Source: Andalucia godoyi And28
Lineage: Eukaryota > Protista > Jakobida
Assembly (NCBI GenBank): GCA_009859145.1
Contig: VRVR01000029.1
Span: 248,292 to 312,291, forward strand
Direction: 5' to 3'
DNA length: 64,000 nt
The notes beneath the pieces are model-generated. The model saw only the letters and a list, made by a program, of their open reading frames with translations. It ran no database searches and had not been told where the DNA came from. A program made the position numbers and the translations under genes. Of the stretch, positions 58,672 through 64,000 are shown piece after piece (positions within the stretch are counted from its first letter, which is position 1; each line of letters begins with the position of its first letter).

Positions 58672-60345
58672 TCATTTTCTGAGACTTTTCAGCGGATCTG
58701 CACCTTTTCGCTTACCTTTGCCGGAGCCATATCGCGCCTTTTTTGCCGGTTTTGCATACGGTACCAGGGCCAATTCCCGTTTCCTTGCGGCATTCTTTTC
58801 CACGACGTCTTTCACAAGCGCCTGAGTCTCTGACAACACCAATTGCTGCGGATTGAGATACGATGGGACGTTTTTGAGGTGATCGAATGCTCTTCTTGTT
58901 TTGCAAGACACCGGGAGGTCGTGTCGAAGCAGATCCAGCTCATCCTGCTTCTCTGCAAACCGACTCTTCAATTTTGAATTATGAAGAATTTCTCGTCTCA
59001 TATCCAGCATACGCGCGTCGCGGACAGCCAGTTTCGTTACACTGCGCAGCGAGTCCTCCACCCGGTACTTGAAAGACTGAATTTCTTCATGATTCAAAGT
59101 AAATGGCCGAATCTCTCTTCCTGAATCGGTGAGCGCAACAAAAAGTTGGTCGAATTCGGATTGCTCTTGTTTGGAGAACAAGAGCAACGACGAACCACTG
59201 GCACCCGCGCGCGCAGTACGTCCAACGCGGTGAACATAATTCACCGCAGATTCAGGGAAGTCAAAGATGATGACGCCTTCTACATCTCGCAAATCCAGTC
59301 CGCGTGCCGAACTTGCGGTTGTCTCTCGTTTCTTCTGCTTGGCGTCCTTTTTTGACGTGCCGGCGTGGGCTTCCTCGTCGGCATCAAGAGCAGAATCGGT
59401 AACAACCAGAAAATCGAACATTCCGCGGGAGAACTGGCTGAGGATGTGCAGCCGAGACTCGATCGGAAGCTCTGCATTCACAACAGCACATCGAATGGAG
59501 AAGCGCTCCAGGAACAACCGGACTCTGTAGCACTGGTCGATCGTATTCACAAACACCATGCATTTGCCCGGAATCAAATGAAACTTGAATATTGCATACA
59601 AGAACAGAAATTTCTGGTCTTCGTTGTCCGACATGAGGAAAAACTGCGATAATCGCGCTTCCAAATCCCCTTCCGCTTCTTCCAGTTTCACGTTGACGGG
59701 ATTGTGAAGAACCATTCCTTTCAAACGTAAAATATCGTCGGTAAGCGTAGCAGACATGATAAACGACTGAACATGCCGATTGAGACCTTCGATGATGATT
59801 CGGATGTCATTTTCATATCCGTACGAGAGCAAAAGATCGCCTTCATCCACCACAAGAAACTGCAAAGACTCGGAAACATCAACGGTCTTTGTGCGAATGA
59901 TTCCAGCGACCTTTCCGGGCGTCGACACAACAATGTCTGGCTTCGAGTTCAAAATCTTCTTGAGCTGACTCTGTGTGGTTTCCTGATTCAAAATTGAAAT
60001 TGCCACAATGTCTGAGCAATAGGAAGTCAGCACGCGGAAAGCATCCACGACTTGGGTACACAGTTCTTGCGTAGGAACGAGAACAATGGCCTTGATTCCA
60101 GACACTGACGTACCCGCCGCATGGGCCTTCAGGATACTATCCATGAGTGGAATGCAATACGCCAAAGTTTTACCAGAACCTGTTGCCGCCTTGGTCAGGA
60201 CATCTTTTCCTTGTTGTGCAAACTCGACTACGTGTTTCTGGACAATGGTCGGCTTTTGGAAACCGCCCTTCATGAGGGACAGGACCAACCTCTTGTCAAG
60301 ATTCAGCGCATCAAACGTCTCTTCCGCAAATAACCCACTCTCCAT
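58672..60345 (-). CDS. DDX56: DEAD-box RNA helicase DDX56/DBP9
   Basis: Q motif 'FQKPTIVQ', 'AATGSGKTLAY', 'LVPTQEL', motif II variant 'DEGDLLLSYGY', 'MSATL', 'HRVGRTARAG', DBP9-type 'FKYRVEDSLRSVTKLAVRDAR'. Confidence 0.93.
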   Translation of the reverse strand: MESGLFAEETFDALNLDKRLVLSLMKGGFQKPTIVQKHVVEFAQQGKDVLTKAATGSGKTLAYCIPLMDSILKAHAAGTSVSGIKAIVLVPTQELCTQVVDAFRVLTSYCSDIVAISILNQETTQSQLKKILNSKPDIVVSTPGKVAGIIRTKTVDVSESLQFLVVDEGDLLLSYGYENDIRIIIEGLNRHVQSFIMSATLTDDILRLKGMVLHNPVNVKLEEAEGDLEARLSQFFLMSDNEDQKFLFLYAIFKFHLIPGKCMVFVNTIDQCYRVRLFLERFSIRCAVVNAELPIESRLHILSQFSRGMFDFLVVTDSALDADEEAHAGTSKKDAKQKKRETTASSARGLDLRDVEGVIIFDFPESAVNYVHRVGRTARAGASGSSLLLFSKQEQSEFDQLFVALTDSGREIRPFTLNHEEIQSFKYRVEDSLRSVTKLAVRDARMLDMRREILHNSKLKSRFAEKQDELDLLRHDLPVSCKTRRAFDHLKNVPSYLNPQQLVLSETQALVKDVVEKNAARKRELALVPYAKPAKKARYGSGKGKRKGADPLKSLRK

Positions 60346-60660
60346 CGAAAAAATACAGTTCAGATGGAGGAAAACGCAAAGGCAAACTTTTGGTATTCTT
60401 CCTCTTTTCTCTTAACCCAACTTTTTGTCTTTTGCTGCTGGCAGAGAAAAAAATAAATATTGAAAAAATGGGCGAATTTCTCTCCTTGCGTCTGATTGTC
60501 TACAGACGTCGACTCTTTTTTAAAGGAGAGCGCCCTTATTTTATTTCGTGTTTGGAAGAGGGAAGGGAGGGAATGTATTTTCTTGCGGGATCAAGGAAGC
60601 ACAGACCCGATGAAAATTCTGGTGCAAGGGACTCTTTGAATCGCTACAAGTGTACCCCTG

Positions 60661-61026
60661 ATGTCCTCTGCTCCCGCGGTTCCTGTAGCGCTCAGTGAAG
60701 TTGGCCCGTCTTGGGTTGGAAAGAGTGTTCGACTGTACGCGAAGATTGCTGACGTATCGCTTACACATCCGTTCATCACGGTCTGCGACCCGACGGCTCA
60801 CTCGACATCCCTCCTCCCAGTGTGCACACAGCACATCTCCACCCACGAGGGTCTTCATCGTGGTAGCACGTTTTTCTTCTTTGGAGATTTGCGATCTACG
60901 GAGGATCGAGGAATTGTCTTGGATGCTCGGATTGCAGTTGCAGCAGAAGCTGTGGATCATAATGTTTACGTGCAGTCCATGCATGTCATGCGGTCATTCT
61001 TAGCGGATCCGTCTTGCCGCCCATGA
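60661..61026 (+). CDS. TEN1: CST complex subunit TEN1-like OB-fold protein, 121 aa
   Basis: 'GKSVRLYAKI', 'LPVCTQHI', 'GSTFFFFGDL', 'EDRGIVLDARIAVAAEAVDHNVYVQSM' parallel TEN1 'GSTLRTFGRL', 'VLVCTKLV', 'GSLYIVLGEL', 'DRGSVVKARV…EGMNL'. Confidence 0.75.
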   Translation: MSSAPAVPVALSEVGPSWVGKSVRLYAKIADVSLTHPFITVCDPTAHSTSLLPVCTQHISTHEGLHRGSTFFFFGDLRSTEDRGIVLDARIAVAAEAVDHNVYVQSMHVMRSFLADPSCRP

Positions 61027-61130
61027 TGCCTAGGTAAGAATTGTGAGGCAGATTGGAAATCACATGGAAAAAGAGAGAGACAGAGAGAGACAGAGAGAAG
61101 CCAGGTCCGTGGCGCAAATAAGGGAAAGTT

Positions 61131-62423
61131 CTAGAGCTTGAGGCTTAGTGTTGACAGCCGGGGAAACCCTCCGTTGTTTGAAAAAACGACAAACTGCTTC
61201 GCGTGGGAGATGTATCCCTTCACTAATTGATGCGAAATCAACAATCCCATTACAGACTCGACTTCCTCATTACTAAGTTTCCCTTCGGTGGCCATGAGTG
61301 CGTTGTAGCCAATTCGGAAAACAGCCAGCGGAAGCTTGTTGCAAGCCGGATGGAACTTTCTCACCCCAAGATAAATCTTCTTGAAGCAATTCCGGTACAG
61401 AATCAGCCGCAGCCTCTCAATGATAACATACATTCCGTCGTCCATGTAGCTGTTGATGTGTTGGTCAATCGCACCTTGGAATAATCGAGGGCTCGACGTC
61501 CGGATAGCTTCCACAACCGCTCTGTACTGCTCTGGAACCACAATGTCCTTTCGGTGCGCAGCCGGAAGCCACCCTCGAGCAATCTGAAGAGGCAGAAGAA
61601 ATCGAAGCACAAGCGACCGCGAACGATGCAAACTGTACGAAGGGATACGTTCAAACGCGAACATCAGCGCCTCCGATGCATCGGAGAGATTGCACTCGAA
61701 AGCGTCAAGTCTGCCCTTGTAGTAGGAAAACACCACTTGTTCTTCTAATGGAAACGACGAAATCTTCCGAGCTCCTTCTTGCAAGAACATCTGCACAGTC
61801 GTTTTTGCAAGACCTAAATACCGCAGTTTAAATTGCACTCTCAGCAATTCGATGGAAGCATGCAAAAGACCCTCGGATTTTGAACTGGGACCCTCCGAAC
61901 GATCTTGATTCATGTATCGAATGCAGGTCCGTATGTCGTCCACATACTCCTTGATCTTCGTGTGAACCGCATCGCGCATGTTCGCTGTGCTCTCGGATCT
62001 CGCATCCTGTTTCACTTGCGAGGGTTGAGAACAGCTATGAATGACATAAAATGCGAGTTTTCTGCAAATCACCATGACGGTGTATAGAGACTGGAGCATC
62101 CAGGAGGATTCTTTCTCAAACGCCACAACCAGGGATCGGAAGCACGAAACAAACCGCTCAAAGGCGCGAAAATGGGAATTCGCATGTCCTTCTGCCAGCA
62201 CAACACATCCTTGCATCCAGAACGACAATGCTTCCGCCCATGATTTCGAAAGTGACGACGAAAACAAATCGCTTCCGGAACTGAGATTACGTTGAGCCTC
62301 ATCGAAAAACGAATCATGCAAAGGACAGCGTCGAAAATCCAACAGAAACGCAACTCTTACGGAATCAAGGGATTGAACAGCATTGACAAAATGATCTACA
62401 AAAGATTTAAAGTACAGAGTCAT
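61131..62423 (-). CDS. PCID2: PCI-domain protein PCID2/Thp1/CSN12-like (possibly with an additional 5' exon)
   Basis: 'QVVFSYYKGRL', 'LVLRFLLPLQIARGWLP', 'IIERLRLILYRNCFKKIY', 'EEVESVMGLLISHQLVKGYISH…VVFS…GFP'. Confidence 0.9.
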   Translation of the reverse strand: MTLYFKSFVDHFVNAVQSLDSVRVAFLLDFRRCPLHDSFFDEAQRNLSSGSDLFSSSLSKSWAEALSFWMQGCVVLAEGHANSHFRAFERFVSCFRSLVVAFEKESSWMLQSLYTVMVICRKLAFYVIHSCSQPSQVKQDARSESTANMRDAVHTKIKEYVDDIRTCIRYMNQDRSEGPSSKSEGLLHASIELLRVQFKLRYLGLAKTTVQMFLQEGARKISSFPLEEQVVFSYYKGRLDAFECNLSDASEALMFAFERIPSYSLHRSRSLVLRFLLPLQIARGWLPAAHRKDIVVPEQYRAVVEAIRTSSPRLFQGAIDQHINSYMDDGMYVIIERLRLILYRNCFKKIYLGVRKFHPACNKLPLAVFRIGYNALMATEGKLSNEEVESVMGLLISHQLVKGYISHAKQFVVFSNNGGFPRLSTLSLKL

Positions 62424-62538
62424 GCGTATCTGCAATGCAACTTGCCTCGGCGAGAGAATCTTGGCAAGTTAGGAAAGCAGACGGAAAAAAGAAAAAAAAA
62501 AAAAACAGAACCAACGCACCCTTTGAGGACAATTCCAT

Positions 62539-62760
62539 TTAATAGAATTCATCGATTACGGCGGTTGAAACACCCAAAAACTCGGCAATTGGCAGTGTAG
62601 ATTCAATTAGCGATTGCCGGATAGAAACACCATTCGGACACGTACGGCTACAAATACGGAAAATGGTCCACAGCACTTTTTCTGAGATAATGCTGGGGAC
62701 TGGTAGAGTCGCGGACGGCGAGCAATCTGGCAAATAAAATTCTCTTGGGGACGACGCCAT
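62539..62760 (-). CDS. Orphan 73-aa ORF, or 5' exon (62560..62760) spliced to PCID2
   Basis: taaATG start. A phase-0 GTAATC donor at 62559, a poly-pyrimidine tract, a CTAAC branch point (62468-62472) and an AG acceptor at 62460 join it in frame to PCID2. Confidence 0.45.
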   Translation of the reverse strand: MASSPREFYLPDCSPSATLPVPSIISEKVLWTIFRICSRTCPNGVSIRQSLIESTLPIAEFLGVSTAVIDEFY

Positions 62761-62813
62761 TTAGGAGTTATACGTAAAATATTAATTACCTAATTCCCGA
62801 CTACAGTCGTTTA

Positions 62814-62824
62814 TTTCGCGGGAA
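62814..62824 (+). promoter_or_regulatory. E2F/DP-like site TTTCGCGGGAA, 54 nt upstream of the minus-strand ATG at 62760
   Basis: Directly visible motif; function inferred. Confidence 0.35.
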
Positions 62825-63212
62825 GAATGCTTTCTTAGGGTGAGCTGTTTTTTATGAATGCAGCACGCTGAGCATTGCCGATCCATCATCAGAGGTACTG
62901 TGCTTACGACATTTACACAGTAGTCGTGAAGGTGCTCGCCAACGGTCCATGGCCTTCTGTGTGCTCATTGCTGGCAAACACATGAGTCAACCAACCATCT
63001 CTGCTGTCTGGCTTTTATGACAAGCGACTGATGAGGGAAAGGAGCGAGTGGGTCTCCGCTCGGTGCGTGTGAATCGGAATCGTGGAATCTCCAATCGTGC
63101 ATACATCTTGTTTTACTGCATACTGCTACCGCTGATGTTGGATTATAAACAAATAAATATAATACACCGTATTTTATTTAATATTTAAGCACAACGAAAA
63201 GAAAAGAGAAAA

Positions 63213-63283
63213 ACAAACAGACAAACAGACAAACAGACAAACAGACAAACAGACAAACAGACAAACAGACAAACAGACAAACA
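63213..63283. repeat. 8-bp tandem repeat ACAAACAG x8+
   Basis: Directly visible. Confidence 0.95.
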
Positions 63284-64000
63284 AAGGTGTAGCATCTACA
63301 GCTGGCACCACCACACAGCCCCTCAGAGCTTGATGCTAGGACGATAAAATAAGGAGTTTGCAATCCGACGAATTCCAAGACTGAGACCGGGGGTATGTAG
63401 AGCTCGTTCACGCGAATGCAACGGTGTGCCGCACGCGCCGGGGGGTTTTGTCTGAGAGCCGTTATGCCGCCCGCCGTTCTGCTAATTCATGAATTCCTCT
63501 TCAACTACAGTGGTTATTTTGACGGGAAGCCTTTCTTCTCGCAGAGACGCTGTTGCAGCGACATGCACCATGGGTCATGTTTGGGAGCAGTGCTCATGGT
63601 GATGGGTGAGCGGTGCGTGTGCTCTCGTCCAGCATAGGAACTCCGGATCATCGGACGACCGCGGCTAGACACAAATGGTACCTCGCAAATGGCTGACAGC
63701 TCCTGCGTTCGCTTCACGGTCTGAATGCAGTCGAAGATCTCAAGCGTCACTTGGGGGCTGCTTGCTGTATGCATCCACGCTTCTGCTGTCTGCTATCAAC
63801 ATAAACGTACAAGCTACTACGGAGTGTTTACTTCTACGCTTTTGTGCAAGCGCTTCGTTGTCGGTCCTCAGCGAAGCATCTTTCTGAGATCTCGGCTGTC
63901 CTTGAGCTTCCAGTCGGTCGTTCGTGATGTGGCAAAGCACTCGCTGTGGAAGATTCCCGTCTCTTCCAGTCTGCGTTTCAGAAGCTTCTTCCTCTCAAAT

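Noticed and set aside
63400-64000. Coding-like frames and a GTATGC donor-like site (63767) at the right edge
   Set aside because: No consistent gene model could be assembled. It may belong to a gene extending beyond the window.

Overview
Gene-dense, intron-poor eukaryotic nuclear DNA with roughly 50% GC and the standard genetic code (TAA, TAG and TGA all end well-supported genes). It most likely comes from a flagellated, mitochondriate protist: IFT54 and an axonemal-dynein-light-chain-domain protein imply cilia, GatB and an NDUFA4-like protein imply mitochondria, and a C-terminal SKL implies peroxisomes. A jakobid-like free-living flagellate is plausible but unverified. About 30 protein-coding genes are supported: an FLVCR-like MFS transporter, a Vnx1-type cation/H+ exchanger, a bacterial-type SSADH, syntaxin-18 (2 exons), an RRM-AlkB ALKBH8-like gene (3 exons), two VPS9-domain proteins, NDUFA4-like, a GPI-type surface protein, a RING E3, a multi-TM PAS adenylyl cyclase, IFT54, SCC3/STAG, FANCI-like, PLAC8, a sarcosine/pipecolate oxidase, TFB4, importin-11, GTF3C6-like, a FYVE protein, AXDND1-like, GatB, DDX56, TEN1 and PCID2, plus several orphans. 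I found no tRNA, rRNA, CRISPR array or intact transposon. The main unexplained features are: (i) a ~370-400 bp dispersed repeat in two diverged copies, each just 3' of an oxidoreductase gene, which reads like a decayed 2OG-Fe(II) oxygenase; (ii) a 211-codon frame broken by a single TAG; (iii) E2F-like motifs upstream of SCC3, FANCI and an orphan exon 5' of PCID2; (iv) departures from canonical residues in FANCI, the cyclase and DDX56. All family assignments are by-eye motif recognition; no database search was run.
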